Assembly: GCA_007132965.1 (NCBI GenBank)
Contig: SLNQ01000150.1
Coordinates: 1-60,036 of the forward strand
Direction of reading: 5' to 3'
Length of the DNA stretch: 60,036 nucleotides
Source of the DNA: Gemmatimonadota bacterium
Lineage (GTDB): Bacteria; Gemmatimonadota; Gemmatimonadetes; Longimicrobiales; Gaopeijiaceae
Shown: positions 1-11,737 of the stretch, piece by piece
Layout of the letters: the number at the start of each line of letters is the position of its first letter
Position numbering within the stretch: the stretch's first letter is position 1
Position numbers and translations under genes: made by a program
Notes under the pieces: model-generated
The model's database searches: none
Seen by the model: only the letters and a program-made list of their open reading frames with translations
Told to the model about the DNA's origin: nothing

Positions 1-1446
1 CCCCGGGGACACCTCCCCCAGAAACAGGTAGCCGGCTCCCTCCACGGCCCGGACCTGACCCGGCAGCGCTCGTCCCACCGGGGACCACGTCCCGGCGGGC
101 CCTCCCACCGCGCTGCGGACCGCGCCCGTGCGGGTCTCTACCACCCGGAGCACCAGCGCCGCCCGGTGCTGACGTCGTGCGCTGTCCAGGATGCCGGCCC
201 CGGGGCCGTTGAGCCACCCCTCGTTGGCGGGAAAGGCCAGAATGCGCGCCCCCCTTCGTCTGAGGTGAAGGGCCTCTCGGGCGAAGAGGGCCTCGAAGCA
301 GATGAGGGCGCCGGCCTGGAGCTCCGCGTCCCCCGGGGTGGGGAGGACGAAGGGTCCCTCCACCGGGCCGTCCAGCCCCCCCCGGCGGAGGCCCCGGGCG
401 TACGCCCGCTCCACCACCGGCACCAGCCGTCGCTTCTCGCGCACGACCCTGAGGTCCCCTGCTCGTTCCAGGCCCCCCCGCCGGGCGCCGGACGCCATCA
501 GGATCCGGTTGCTCCTCCCCTGGCCCGGAAGGGCCATCACCGCACCGAAAAGGACCGGAGCCCCGGACCGACGGCTCCAGTAACCGGCCAGAAACGGCTC
601 CATGGGCCGGTCCCACGCTCCGGTGGGGGACTCCGGCCAGACGATCAGGTCCGCCTCCCGTGGGCGCAGCTCCCGGCTCAGGCGGTGCAGCCCGGCGGTG
701 AGCCGTCGCTCCCGGGCCTCCCGATCCACCAGGAGGTGGGGATCGGCATCCAGGGAGAGGGCCGCGACGCGGATCTCATCGCCGCCGGCCGGAGCGAGCT
801 GGGCGGCCCGACCGTGACCGTAGACCGCCGCCACCGCCAGGAGGACTCCCGCCAGGCCCAGCCATCGCCGAGTCCGGCCTCCCACTCTCTCCGCCTTCCG
901 CCGGCGGGCCAGCCACTGCCCCAGTGCCCCGCCCGAGAAGGCCAGGAGACCGGCCACGCCCGCGCCGCCCACCAGGTCGGCCGCACCCAGGAGTTCGGGC
1001 CGGCCCACCAGCGCCGCCTCGGGCCCCAGCCAGGGGAAGCCCACCACGGGAAGCGTCGCGGGCACCCAGCCCAACGTCGTCCACGCCGCCGCAAGTCCCA
1101 CGGGGAGGGCAAGGCGTCCCCGGATGATTCCTCGGTGCACCAGGACCAGGGCCACCCCCACCAGGGCGGCGTTCAGACCCCATACGGCAAGGGCCCCCGC
1201 CACCCCTCTGACGGGCCCCATGAGGGGACCCGCCGCCCCCGGCAGCCAGTGGAGGAGGAGAACGGCGTGGAGACCGCCCACCACGATCCCCGCCAGGGCC
1301 GCGCTCCGAGTACCGGCGGGGGTGGTGGGAAGACGCTCCAGGTGAAAGGCCAGCGGCGCCAGCGCCACCGGGGCCAGGAGGGGGAGGGGGTGGGGAGGAA
1401 GGCTGAGGGTGAGGAGGAGGGCCGAGAGGACCGGCCCCGGACTCAC
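1..1446 (-). CDS. lnt: apolipoprotein N-acyltransferase, 3' end cut by the window edge
   Basis: Absent from the ORF track because it has no stop inside the window. My hand translation of the minus frame (codons 1-3, 4-6, ...) is open from GTG 1446-1444 down to position 1. The N-terminal half is hydrophobic and multi-TM. The C-terminal half has nitrilase-type Glu/Lys/Cys contexts 'ADLIVWPES', 'EKRRLVPVVE', 'GALICFEALF', plus 'ANEGWL'. The GTG overlaps the upstream stop (GTGA). Confidence 0.8.
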   Translation of the reverse strand, partial: MSPGPVLSALLLTLSLPPHPLPLLAPVALAPLAFHLERLPTTPAGTRSAALAGIVVGGLHAVLLLHWLPGAAGPLMGPVRGVAGALAVWGLNAALVGVALVLVHRGIIRGRLALPVGLAAAWTTLGWVPATLPVVGFPWLGPEAALVGRPELLGAADLVGGAGVAGLLAFSGGALGQWLARRRKAERVGGRTRRWLGLAGVLLAVAAVYGHGRAAQLAPAGGDEIRVAALSLDADPHLLVDREARERRLTAGLHRLSRELRPREADLIVWPESPTGAWDRPMEPFLAGYWSRRSGAPVLFGAVMALPGQGRSNRILMASGARRGGLERAGDLRVVREKRRLVPVVERAYARGLRRGGLDGPVEGPFVLPTPGDAELQAGALICFEALFAREALHLRRRGARILAFPANEGWLNGPGAGILDSARRQHRAALVLRVVETRTGAVRSAVGGPAGTWSPVGRALPGQVRAVEGAGYLFLGEVSPG

Positions 1447-2222
1447 CGGGCCCCTTCGCCTGGAGGCGTGCCGCCGAACATGTACTGGCCGCCCACCATG
1501 AACTGGAAGTAGGCCAGGTTCTCCGTGAGCTCGTAGCGAACCTCGCTCAGGAGCCGGGCCCGCTCGCCCATGGGAAGCTCCAGCCCCCCGTGGAGGTTCA
1601 CCCCGGCCCGCACCGAGTCCAGGAGATCCTCCACGAAGGTCCCTTCGATGGCCCGCCCGCCCCCGCGGAGAACGTGGGCTGTGCCCCCCGCTCCGGCGTA
1701 CGTCAGGAGCCCCAGGGGAATGCTCCAGACCACGTGGGCATCGGCGTTGAGGGCCACGTCGGACCAGGTGATCTCGTCGAGGTCAACCGAAACCGAATCA
1801 CCGGTCTGCTCCAGGATCAGCTCCTCCACCTGCCGCTCCAACCCTCTGACCTCCCGGGCCTTCAGCCGCGAGGACCAGCGGTTCACCCCGGCGGTGACCC
1901 GAACGCCGGGCCCCAGGAACCCCAGGTCGACCCGGGCACCGAACGACCCGGTGGGCTCGACCCGTGACGGGACGATGTACCCCACGTGGGCAGCCACCCC
2001 CCGTAGCGAGAGGTGCTCGTAGTCGAAGTCGGCCAGCTCCTGGGCCGCCGCCGGTCGGGGCGCCAACATGATGAGGAGGGCGAAAAGGACGCCCAACAGA
2101 ATGACGGCACCTCCCACCAGGGCGGCGATCCCCATCCCCCACCCGCCCAGCGGGCTCCCGTCACTGTCGGCCAGTTCCTCGCGGCGCCGGCGCCACCAAT
2201 CAGAGATCCCCGCCATGTCCAA
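1443..2222 (-). CDS. hypothetical envelope protein, probable outer-membrane beta-barrel
   Basis: 259-aa ORF with a GGAGG 9 nt upstream of the ATG. It has one N-terminal hydrophobic segment ending 'PRPAAAQE', then alternating beta-strand-like sequence with an aromatic-rich C-terminus ('[12 protein letters not shown]'). An alternative start at 2135 would give a classical signal peptide. Confidence 0.6.
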   Translation of the reverse strand: MDMAGISDWWRRRREELADSDGSPLGGWGMGIAALVGGAVILLGVLFALLIMLAPRPAAAQELADFDYEHLSLRGVAAHVGYIVPSRVEPTGSFGARVDLGFLGPGVRVTAGVNRWSSRLKAREVRGLERQVEELILEQTGDSVSVDLDEITWSDVALNADAHVVWSIPLGLLTYAGAGGTAHVLRGGGRAIEGTFVEDLLDSVRAGVNLHGGLELPMGERARLLSEVRYELTENLAYFQFMVGGQYMFGGTPPGEGAR

Positions 2223-3540
2223 CCACCTCCGCCGCCTCGCCGGCGGCCTTCAGGGTGAGCTCCAGCTCCTTCTCGCCATGCATCACCGAGAGGAACCCGG
2301 CCTCGAAGGGCGACGGCGCCAGGAACACTCCCCGGCGCAGCATCTCCCGGTGGAAGCGACCGAAGCGTTCGGTGTCGGCCTGGGCCGCCTCCTCGAAGGA
2401 GCGTACCGGTCCCGGATGCAGGAAGATCCCCCACATGGATCCCAGCGCTCGCCCCGAGGCCGGAACGCCGGCGGCGGAGAGGGCCTCCAGCAGACCGTCC
2501 ACCAGGCGCTGACCGTACGCCTCCAGCTCCGGGTACGGGTCGTTCTCCTCGAGCCATCGCAGTTGGGCGTTTCCGGCCGCCGTCGCCAGCGGATTGCCGG
2601 AGAGGGTCCCGGCCTGGTAGACGGGCCCCACCGGCGCCACCTCCTCCATGATCTCGCGGCGTCCCCCGAAGGCCCCCACCGGAAGCCCGGCCCCGATGAC
2701 CTTCCCCAGGGTAGTGAGATCCGGCAGAACCCCGAACCGCTCCTGCGCCCCGCCCCGGGCCACCCGGAATCCCGTCATGACCTCGTCAAAGATGAGGAGC
2801 GCCCCGTGGGCCTCGGTGATCTCCCGCAGCCCCTCGAGAAAGCCCGGCGCCGGGGGGATAAGCCCGGCGTTGCCCATGACGGGCTCCAGGATCACCGCGG
2901 CGAACTCGTCGCCGTCCTCCTGGAAGAGGTCCCGCACCGCGTCCAGATCGTTGAAAGGGAGCAGCGCAGTATCCTGTACCGCCGCCTCCGGCACACCCGG
3001 CGAGTTGGGAAGCCCCAGCGTCGCCACACCGGAGCCGGCCGCCACCAGAAAGGGGTCGGCGTGGCCGTGGTAGCAGCCGGTGAACTTGAGGAATCGGTTG
3101 CGACCGGTATGGCCCCGGGCCACCCGCAGGGCGCTCATGGTGGCCTCGGTCCCTGAGTTCACCAGGCGCACCATCTCCACCCCCGGGACCATCCGCACCA
3201 GGCGCTCGGCCATCTCCACCTCGGCTCCGGTGGGAGCGCCGAAGCTGGTGCCCCGGACCAGCTGCGCCTCCAGGGCCTCCACGATGACGGGATGGGCGTG
3301 CCCCAGCAGGAGGGGGCCCCACGACATGATGTAGTCCACGTACCGGTGCCCTTCGGTGTCCACCAGCCACGCCCCTTCGCCACGCTCCACGAAGAAGGGC
3401 TCCCCCCCCACCGACTTGAACGATCGGACCGGCGAGTTGACGCCTCCGGGAATCACCGCGTGCGCCCTTTTCCAGAGTTCGGCGGAAGAGGAAGCGGAAG
3501 GATGGACCGGAGAAGGCTGGCCTGAGGACGTGTTGGGCAT
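2200..3540 (-). CDS. hemL: glutamate-1-semialdehyde 2,1-aminomutase
   Basis: Contains '[17 protein letters not shown]', '[13 protein letters not shown]' and the PLP-lysine context '[19 protein letters not shown]'. Confidence 0.95.
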   Translation of the reverse strand: MPNTSSGQPSPVHPSASSSAELWKRAHAVIPGGVNSPVRSFKSVGGEPFFVERGEGAWLVDTEGHRYVDYIMSWGPLLLGHAHPVIVEALEAQLVRGTSFGAPTGAEVEMAERLVRMVPGVEMVRLVNSGTEATMSALRVARGHTGRNRFLKFTGCYHGHADPFLVAAGSGVATLGLPNSPGVPEAAVQDTALLPFNDLDAVRDLFQEDGDEFAAVILEPVMGNAGLIPPAPGFLEGLREITEAHGALLIFDEVMTGFRVARGGAQERFGVLPDLTTLGKVIGAGLPVGAFGGRREIMEEVAPVGPVYQAGTLSGNPLATAAGNAQLRWLEENDPYPELEAYGQRLVDGLLEALSAAGVPASGRALGSMWGIFLHPGPVRSFEEAAQADTERFGRFHREMLRRGVFLAPSPFEAGFLSVMHGEKELELTLKAAGEAAEVVGHGGDL

Positions 3541-3739
3541 GACGGAACGGAGTGGGGATCAGGTGCCGGGAGGAACGCAAGCGCGAACACGAACGATCGT
3601 ATCCCTTCCGACACCGGAATTCCACCCCCGGCGCTGGCGGCGTCAGGGAGACGTCTCGACACCCGCCCCGGCCCGCCATAGCTTCCCACCCGATCTCAGC
3701 CGACACTCGTTCGCCCCTGGAGCACATACGCCCTTGGCC

Positions 3740-5953
<2,214 letters not shown>

Positions 5954-5988
5954 GGCGTCGCAGGCGGCGCCGGACACGGGCCCGGGGC

Positions 5989-7206
5989 TTATTCCCTCCT
6001 GAGAGCCACGATGGGATCGAGGCGGGAGGCCTTCCAGGCCGGATAGAACCCGAAGAAGAGGCCCACCGCCGCCGAGACGGACACGGCCACGATCATGGCC
6101 TCCATCGAAAAGAGCGCGGGCCATCCGGCGTAGCTGGCGATGATCTCGGTAGACAGGATCCCGAGGACGATCCCCCCGATGCCCCCCAGCACGCAGAGGA
6201 TCACCGCCTCGATGAGGAACTGGAGGAGGACATCGGGCCCCCGGGCGCCCACGGCGAGCCGGAGGCCCACCTCCCGGGTGCGCTCGGTCACGCTCACCAG
6301 CATCACGTTCATGATCCCGATCCCACCCACGAAGAGCGAGATCCCCGCAATGGAGGCCAGGAGCCACGTCATGACCCGGGAGGTCTCGGTGGCGGCCTGG
6401 GCCACCTCCTCCTGGGTCTGGATGGTGAAGTCGTTGGGCTGGTCCGGAGCCAACCGATGGCGCTCCCGGAGCAGGTCCTCCATCTTGGCCCGGGCAATGT
6501 CCATGGACTCCTGGTTGTAGACCTGGACGTTGATCACCATGGCGTGACTCCGCCCGGACACGCGCTGGAAGCCGGTGGTATACGGAATGATGACGATGTC
6601 GTCCTGCACCGATCCCATGAGGGACATCCCCTTCCGGGAGAGCACTCCGATGACCTCGAGGGGAAGCCCCCGAACCCGGATCGTCTGCCCGATGGGATCG
6701 GCGCCCTCGAAGAGCTCCTCCACGATGGTCTGACCCACGACGGCCACCAGCGCCGCACGACCCACGTGCTCGTGGGTGAACATCTCCCCGCTCTCCAGGG
6801 GCCACTGGCGAATCTGCAGGTAGTCGGCGGACTGTCCGTACACGCGGGTGTGCCAGTTCCGGTTCCCGTGGACGATCACCCTCTGGGACCGTACCTCGGG
6901 ACTGGCCGCCACCACCTCGGGGATCTCCTCCTGCAGGGCCAGGGCGTCCTCCACGGTGAGGGTGTTGGCGCTCCCGCCGCCGATGCTCACACCCCCGAGC
7001 TGGCGCTCGCCGGGAAAGACCAGCACCACGTTCTGGCCCAGCCGGTTCACCTGCTCCTCCACCTCGGCGGCCGCACCCTGCCCCAGTCCCACCATTGTGA
7101 TCACGGCGCCTACCCCGATGATGATCCCCAGCGCCGTGAGGACGGTGCGCATGGTGTTCTTGGTGAGGGCTCGAACCGCCACGTACGGCACCGCGCTCCA
7201 CTTCAT
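5989..7206 (-). CDS. ABC transporter permease, FtsX/MacB type
   Basis: Contains 'RALTKNTMRTVLTALGIIIGVGAVITMV', a large periplasmic domain and three C-terminal TM helices. Its ATG overlaps the upstream stop (ATGA). Confidence 0.9.
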   Translation of the reverse strand: MKWSAVPYVAVRALTKNTMRTVLTALGIIIGVGAVITMVGLGQGAAAEVEEQVNRLGQNVVLVFPGERQLGGVSIGGGSANTLTVEDALALQEEIPEVVAASPEVRSQRVIVHGNRNWHTRVYGQSADYLQIRQWPLESGEMFTHEHVGRAALVAVVGQTIVEELFEGADPIGQTIRVRGLPLEVIGVLSRKGMSLMGSVQDDIVIIPYTTGFQRVSGRSHAMVINVQVYNQESMDIARAKMEDLLRERHRLAPDQPNDFTIQTQEEVAQAATETSRVMTWLLASIAGISLFVGGIGIMNVMLVSVTERTREVGLRLAVGARGPDVLLQFLIEAVILCVLGGIGGIVLGILSTEIIASYAGWPALFSMEAMIVAVSVSAAVGLFFGFYPAWKASRLDPIVALRRE

Positions 7207-8012
7207 ATGGCCACCTCCTCCGCTTCGGGGACTTCCTTCAGCTCCTCACTCTTTCGGGTGCGATCGTCCGCTTCTGATTCTGCCTGGGCAAGCCAGCGCG
7301 CCAGCTCCCTTCGGGCGGAAAGCGGCTCGGTCCGCTCATCGGACTCGATGAGGCCGTCCCGCAGGGTCACCACGCGCTCGGCGAACCGGGCCACCTCCGA
7401 CTCGTGGGTCACCATCAGGATGGTGAGCCCGTCCGCGTTGAGCCGCTGCACGATGTCCATGATCTCGAGGCTGGTGCGGGTATCCAGGTTCCCGGTGGGC
7501 TCGTCGGCCAGCAGGACCCTGGGATGGGTCACCAGGGCCCGTGCCACCGCCACCCGCTGCTTCTGGCCTCCAGAGAGCTGGTTCGGAGTGTGATCCAGCC
7601 GGTCTCCCAGCCCCACCGACTCCAGCGCCTCCCGGGCCCGCCGGTGGATCTCCTTCCAGCTCAGGCCCTCCTCCCGGTAGAGGAGGGGCAGCTCCACGTT
7701 CTCCTGGGCCGTCGTACGTGGAAGCAGGTGGAAGGACTGAAAGACGAAGCCCAGCGCCTGGTTTCGCGTTCGAGCCAGGCGACTGCGGGAAAACCCCGAG
7801 ACGTCCTCCCCGTCAAGCCGGTAGCGCCCCGCAGTGGGCTTGTCCAGGCACCCCAGGATGTTCATGAGGGTGGACTTGCCCGAACCGCTGGGGCCCATGA
7901 TGGCCAAAAACTCCTGCTCCTTCACCTCCAGGTCGATCCCCTTCAAGGCCTCTACGGCCACCGCGCTGGTCCGGTAGATCCGGGTGATCTCCTCGAGCTC
8001 GATGATGGGCAT
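7203..8012 (-). CDS. ABC transporter ATP-binding protein (MacB/LolD-like) with an acidic C-terminal tail
   Basis: Walker A 'GPSGSGKST', signature 'LSGGQKQRVAVARAL' and Walker B 'LLADEPTGNLD'. About 45 extra charged residues follow the ATPase fold. Confidence 0.95.
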   Translation of the reverse strand: MPIIELEEITRIYRTSAVAVEALKGIDLEVKEQEFLAIMGPSGSGKSTLMNILGCLDKPTAGRYRLDGEDVSGFSRSRLARTRNQALGFVFQSFHLLPRTTAQENVELPLLYREEGLSWKEIHRRAREALESVGLGDRLDHTPNQLSGGQKQRVAVARALVTHPRVLLADEPTGNLDTRTSLEIMDIVQRLNADGLTILMVTHESEVARFAERVVTLRDGLIESDERTEPLSARRELARWLAQAESEADDRTRKSEELKEVPEAEEVAI

Positions 8013-8081
8013 GGAAGGGCGTCTCGGCAGTCGTGTGGTCGGGATCGGGTAGCTGGGACGGAGGTGCGTGGACGGCGCCGC

Positions 8082-9233
8082 TCAGTACTGGGCCTGCTCG
8101 CCTCCGAAGATGCTGCGCCGGTTCTCCTCGTCCTGGGTCATGAGGGAGAGCCCCACGGCCAGCACGTCACCCTCGTTCAGGCCGTCCAGGACCTGGGAGT
8201 AGGTGCCGTCGCTCAGGCCGATCCGGACCGCCGTCGCCCGCAGCTCTCCGTTCTCCAGGCGATAGACCACGGCATCGGCTTCGTCGGCACCGTCCGGATC
8301 CGGCGGGCGGATGTCGTCGGGGATCCTGGCGCGGAGCGCGGTATTGCGGACCCGGACCACGTCGGTGACCTCTTCGGTGATGATGCTCACCTCGGCGGTC
8401 ATACCGGGCCGGAGCAGCCCTTCCTCGTTGGAGACCGCGATGATGGTCTCGTAGTGGACCACGTTGTCTTCCATCATGGGCGCGTTGCGCACCTGGATGA
8501 CCTCTCCGGTGAACTCCCGGTCCCGATGCGAATCCACGACGAACCGGACCAGCTGCCCGTCCTCCACCATTCCGATGTCGGCCTCCGAGACGCTGGCGTG
8601 AATGTGCATCCGGGTCAGATCGGCCGCCAGCTCGAAGAGAATGGGGGCGTTGAGGCTGGCGGCCACCGTCTGCCCGCGATCGATCTGCCGGGAGATGACG
8701 ATCCCGTCGGAAGGGGCGGTGATGGTGGTCCGCTCGAGCTCGCGGCGAGCGGCGTCCAGGGCGTGGCGACGCACTCGGACCTGGGCCTCGGCCTGGCTCA
8801 GGCTGGCCCGGGCTTCATCCACGTCCGAGGGCGACACAAACTGCATCTCCCGGAGTTCCTGCACCCGCTCCCAGTGGTGCCGGGCCAGCTCGAGGCCGGC
8901 CTGGGCGGATTCCAGCTCGGCCTCCGCGGAATTCAGCGCCGCCTCGAAGGTGGAGGGGTCGATCTGCGCGATGGGCTGCCCCCGGGTCACCCGGGAGTTG
9001 AAGTCCACCATCACCTCTTCCACGATCCCCGAGACCTGGCTCCCCACCTCCACCCGCTCCACCGGCTGGAGCGAGCCGTGGGCCACCACCCGTTGGGAGA
9101 CGTCCCCCCGGTCCACCGTCTCCGTATGGAGAGGAGGAAGGCTTCCTTCGGCGGTGCCGTATTGCCGGGTGGCCCACCAGGCGCCCAGTGCGGCCACGAC
9201 GACGACCACCACGACCACGTTACGAATCTTCAT
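8082..9233 (-). CDS. efflux transporter periplasmic adaptor (HlyD/MacA family)
   Basis: N-terminal TM anchor, a coiled-coil hairpin ('AEAELESAQAGLELARHHWERVQEL...AEAQVRVRRHALDAARRELERT') and beta-barrel segments. It is the first gene of the three-gene efflux unit. Confidence 0.9.
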   Translation of the reverse strand: MKIRNVVVVVVVVAALGAWWATRQYGTAEGSLPPLHTETVDRGDVSQRVVAHGSLQPVERVEVGSQVSGIVEEVMVDFNSRVTRGQPIAQIDPSTFEAALNSAEAELESAQAGLELARHHWERVQELREMQFVSPSDVDEARASLSQAEAQVRVRRHALDAARRELERTTITAPSDGIVISRQIDRGQTVAASLNAPILFELAADLTRMHIHASVSEADIGMVEDGQLVRFVVDSHRDREFTGEVIQVRNAPMMEDNVVHYETIIAVSNEEGLLRPGMTAEVSIITEEVTDVVRVRNTALRARIPDDIRPPDPDGADEADAVVYRLENGELRATAVRIGLSDGTYSQVLDGLNEGDVLAVGLSLMTQDEENRRSIFGGEQAQY

Positions 9234-9356
9234 GCCTGTTCACCCATGGAGTGCGCGTCGCATGTAGGAAAAGGGAGAGTGCATGGACATAGCGAACGTT
9301 AAAAGAACGGGGCAAGGCGAACGCCCGGCCGAGCCGCGCCTCAGACCCTCCCGATG

Positions 9357-10862
9357 CTACACCACCCGGGCAATGAGATCGTACTCCAGGGCGTCGACAA
9401 ACTCCACCTCCACCAGCTCTCCCGGCTCCGTGGTTCGCCGGCTCCCGCCCTCGACGGAGAGGATCCGGGTGATCCCGTCTACGTCTACGGCCTGACTCCA
9501 GGCGTGTCCCTCGGCCACGTGCTCGGGGTCGTCGTCCACCCGCCGGTCCACCAGCACCTGACCTCTCGTGCCCACCATGGCTTCGTTGCGCTCGAACGAG
9601 ATTCCACGCTGGACGTCCATGAGGGTCTCGAGGCGGTCCCGTTTCTCGCCGTCGGAGAGCTGCCCTTCCATCTCCGCCGCCGGGGTGCCCTCCTCGATGG
9701 AGTAGGGAAAGGCCCCCACCCGGTCGAAGCGAATCTCGTCCAGGAGGTCCAGCATCTCCTGGAACTCGGCGTCGGTCTCGCCGGGGAAGCCCACGATGAC
9801 CGTGGTGCGAAGCACCAGGTCCGGGATCGCCTCCCGGAGCCAGGCCACCCGCTCCCGGATGGTGGCCTGTCGCTCGGGTCGGCGCATTCGGCGCAGGACC
9901 GTGTCGCTGCCGTGCTGGATCGGCATGTCCAGGTACGGGAGGAGTCGGGGCTCGGAGGCCAGCAACTCCACCAACTCCGGGGTAATCCCCGAAGGGTACA
10001 TGTAGAAGAGCCTGTACCACGGGAGGGTGGTCCCCTCCAGCAGCGCCCGCAGCAGATCAGGCAACAGGGGGGTGACCGCGGGGGTTCCGCCGGGTCCGGC
10101 GGCCTGAACCGCCGCTCTTCGCAGGTCACGGCCGTACCAGGTGGTGTCCTGGCTGATGACATTCAACTCCCGCACCCCCCGGGCTTCCAGCTCCCGGGCC
10201 TCGCGCACCAACTCCTCCACCGGAGCCGACCGGTGCAGCCCCCGCATGTGGGGGATGGCGCAGAAGGCGCAGGTGTGGTCGCAGCCCTCGCTGATCTTCA
10301 GGTGTGAGGTGTGGGGCGTGTCGGTGGAGAGGATCCGAAGGGGTCGTTCCATGTTCGGCACCGCCGGAGGCTCCTGGGGGAGAAGCCCCCGCCCCCGCAG
10401 CTCCGGCACCAACCCCTGCATTTCGGTGAGTCCCATGAAGAGGTCCACCTCGGGGATCTGCTCAGCCAGCTCCTCCTTGTAGCGCTGTACCAGGCACCCC
10501 ACCGCCACCACCGCCTTTACCTGACCCCGGTCCTTCAGCGCGCACGCCTCAAGGATGGTGTCGATGGACTCCTCCTTGGCCTGGTCGATGAAGCCGCAGG
10601 TGTTGATCACCACCACCTCGGCACCCTCGACCCCCGGCGCCACCCGGGCGCCTTGGCCCACCAGGGCGGCCATCATGCGCTCCGAGTCAACGGTGTTCTT
10701 GTCGCAGCCCAGGGTGACGAGGCCGATTCGGGGGCCCTCCTCGGGACCGGCGGCCGGAAACTCGTGGTCAACGGCCTCCACGTCCGGCGAGACCTGGGGC
10801 CGCACCGGATCGGCGGTGACCGGAAAAACCGGAAGCTTCCGGGTTCTGAGCCGACCAGTCAT
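9357..10862 (-). CDS. rimO: ribosomal protein S12 methylthiotransferase
   Basis: UPF0004 'LGCDKNTVDSE', radical-SAM 'CDHTCAFCAIP' and a C-terminal TRAM-like domain. There are about 45 aa of N-terminal extension, so the true start could be internal. Confidence 0.9.
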   Translation of the reverse strand: MTGRLRTRKLPVFPVTADPVRPQVSPDVEAVDHEFPAAGPEEGPRIGLVTLGCDKNTVDSERMMAALVGQGARVAPGVEGAEVVVINTCGFIDQAKEESIDTILEACALKDRGQVKAVVAVGCLVQRYKEELAEQIPEVDLFMGLTEMQGLVPELRGRGLLPQEPPAVPNMERPLRILSTDTPHTSHLKISEGCDHTCAFCAIPHMRGLHRSAPVEELVREARELEARGVRELNVISQDTTWYGRDLRRAAVQAAGPGGTPAVTPLLPDLLRALLEGTTLPWYRLFYMYPSGITPELVELLASEPRLLPYLDMPIQHGSDTVLRRMRRPERQATIRERVAWLREAIPDLVLRTTVIVGFPGETDAEFQEMLDLLDEIRFDRVGAFPYSIEEGTPAAEMEGQLSDGEKRDRLETLMDVQRGISFERNEAMVGTRGQVLVDRRVDDDPEHVAEGHAWSQAVDVDGITRILSVEGGSRRTTEPGELVEVEFVDALEYDLIARVV

Positions 10863-11551
10863 CGCCGGATCACCTGAACACCCGACGGCGGCTCGAACTG
10901 GAAACGCTGCGGTGGGATCGCGGGGTTCACCTCGATCCCCGAGAGCTCCACCGTGCGAACGAAGCCCTCGTCCTCGGTGATCTGGAGCTTACGGAGCATG
11001 TGGTCCGAGGCGTCCACCCAGACCCGGGCCCTCAGGAAGGGCGAGGGGCCGGCGGGCTCCAGGGCGAGTACGTGGGTGCGGCGGCCGTCCACCGCCTCCT
11101 CACCCTCCAGGGTAGGCACGTAGCGTTCCCCGGGGTCGGCCAGGAGCTCTCGGTGCAGGTCGAAATGTCCCCCGCTCCCGTTCAGGACGCCCTGGAAGAC
11201 CTGGCCGGGATCAGCGCTGGGCAGGTAGATCCAGATGTGCTCCCCATCGGCCACCACCCGGTCTCCCTCGGGGTCGGTGAAGCGCATCTCAAAGAGATCG
11301 GAACCAGCCTGGCAGAGCTCCCCCCGGCTGCGGGTGACCTGTCGGAGGATGTCGTTGTCCACCACCTGCCGGAAGTCGGCGCAGAATGCCGAGATGGCCT
11401 GGTGGCGGTCAGCGGCGGCCTGGAGGATGCTCTGGGCGTCCTGGGCGCCGGCGGGTGGAGGCAGCACGAGAAAGGCCGCGGCCGCCCAGAGAAGGGCGGA
11501 TGGAGCCAGAAGCCCCCGGAGGGGCCAAGAGAAACCGGGACGCAGGTGCAT
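10859..11551 (-). CDS. lolA: LolA-like outer-membrane lipoprotein carrier protein
   Basis: Signal peptide ending 'PPPAGAQD'. Also 'FCADFRQVV...SRGELCQ...FEMRF...VVADGEHIWIYLPS', typical of the LolA fold. Its stop overlaps the rimO ATG (ATGA). Confidence 0.7.
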   Translation of the reverse strand: MHLRPGFSWPLRGLLAPSALLWAAAAFLVLPPPAGAQDAQSILQAAADRHQAISAFCADFRQVVDNDILRQVTRSRGELCQAGSDLFEMRFTDPEGDRVVADGEHIWIYLPSADPGQVFQGVLNGSGGHFDLHRELLADPGERYVPTLEGEEAVDGRRTHVLALEPAGPSPFLRARVWVDASDHMLRKLQITEDEGFVRTVELSGIEVNPAIPPQRFQFEPPSGVQVIRR

Positions 11552-11656
11552 TCGGCTGATCCGAATCAGGGCGAAGGTCGGAGGAGGCCCGCCGGGTCCT
11601 CGAGGACGCGGGGCAGGCTCCGGTGAATCGGAAGCTAGTACACGGGTTCCCCCTGC

Positions 11657-11682
11657 TTCGTTCGTCCCTTTCGTTCGTCCCT
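11657..11682 (-). repeat. 13-nt perfect tandem duplication upstream of the lolA-like gene
   Basis: 'ttcgttcgtccct' occurs at 11657-11669 and again at 11670-11682. Confidence 0.85.
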
Positions 11683-11737
11683 GGCGCCCGGTGGCCGAGA
11701 CCTGGGAGCCCCGGATCGGGGTCCGGAGTGGGTCCGG

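Noticed and set aside
166-1512. 448-aa plus-strand ORF at the window start.
   Set aside because: The opposite strand translates into Lnt with intact Glu/Lys/Cys contexts and is open to the window edge. The plus product is Arg/Pro/Gly junk starting at a GTG.
2135-2222. 'WWRRRREEL' near the N-terminus of the 1443..2222 protein as a possible twin-arginine signal.
   Set aside because: It does not fit the S/T-R-R-x-F-L-K consensus, and it is separated from the hydrophobic segment by about 15 acidic or polar residues. A Sec-type signal from the internal ATG at 2135 is equally possible.
3557-3699. TPP-riboswitch-like fragments ('CUGAGA' and 'ACCUGAUC') on the minus strand upstream of hemL.
   Set aside because: The two fragments are about 130 nt apart. 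The conserved 'GG.UAAU.CC.GCG.AGGGA' half is absent, and hemL is not a thiamine gene. The TPP-dependent E1 gene is on the other strand. This looks coincidental.
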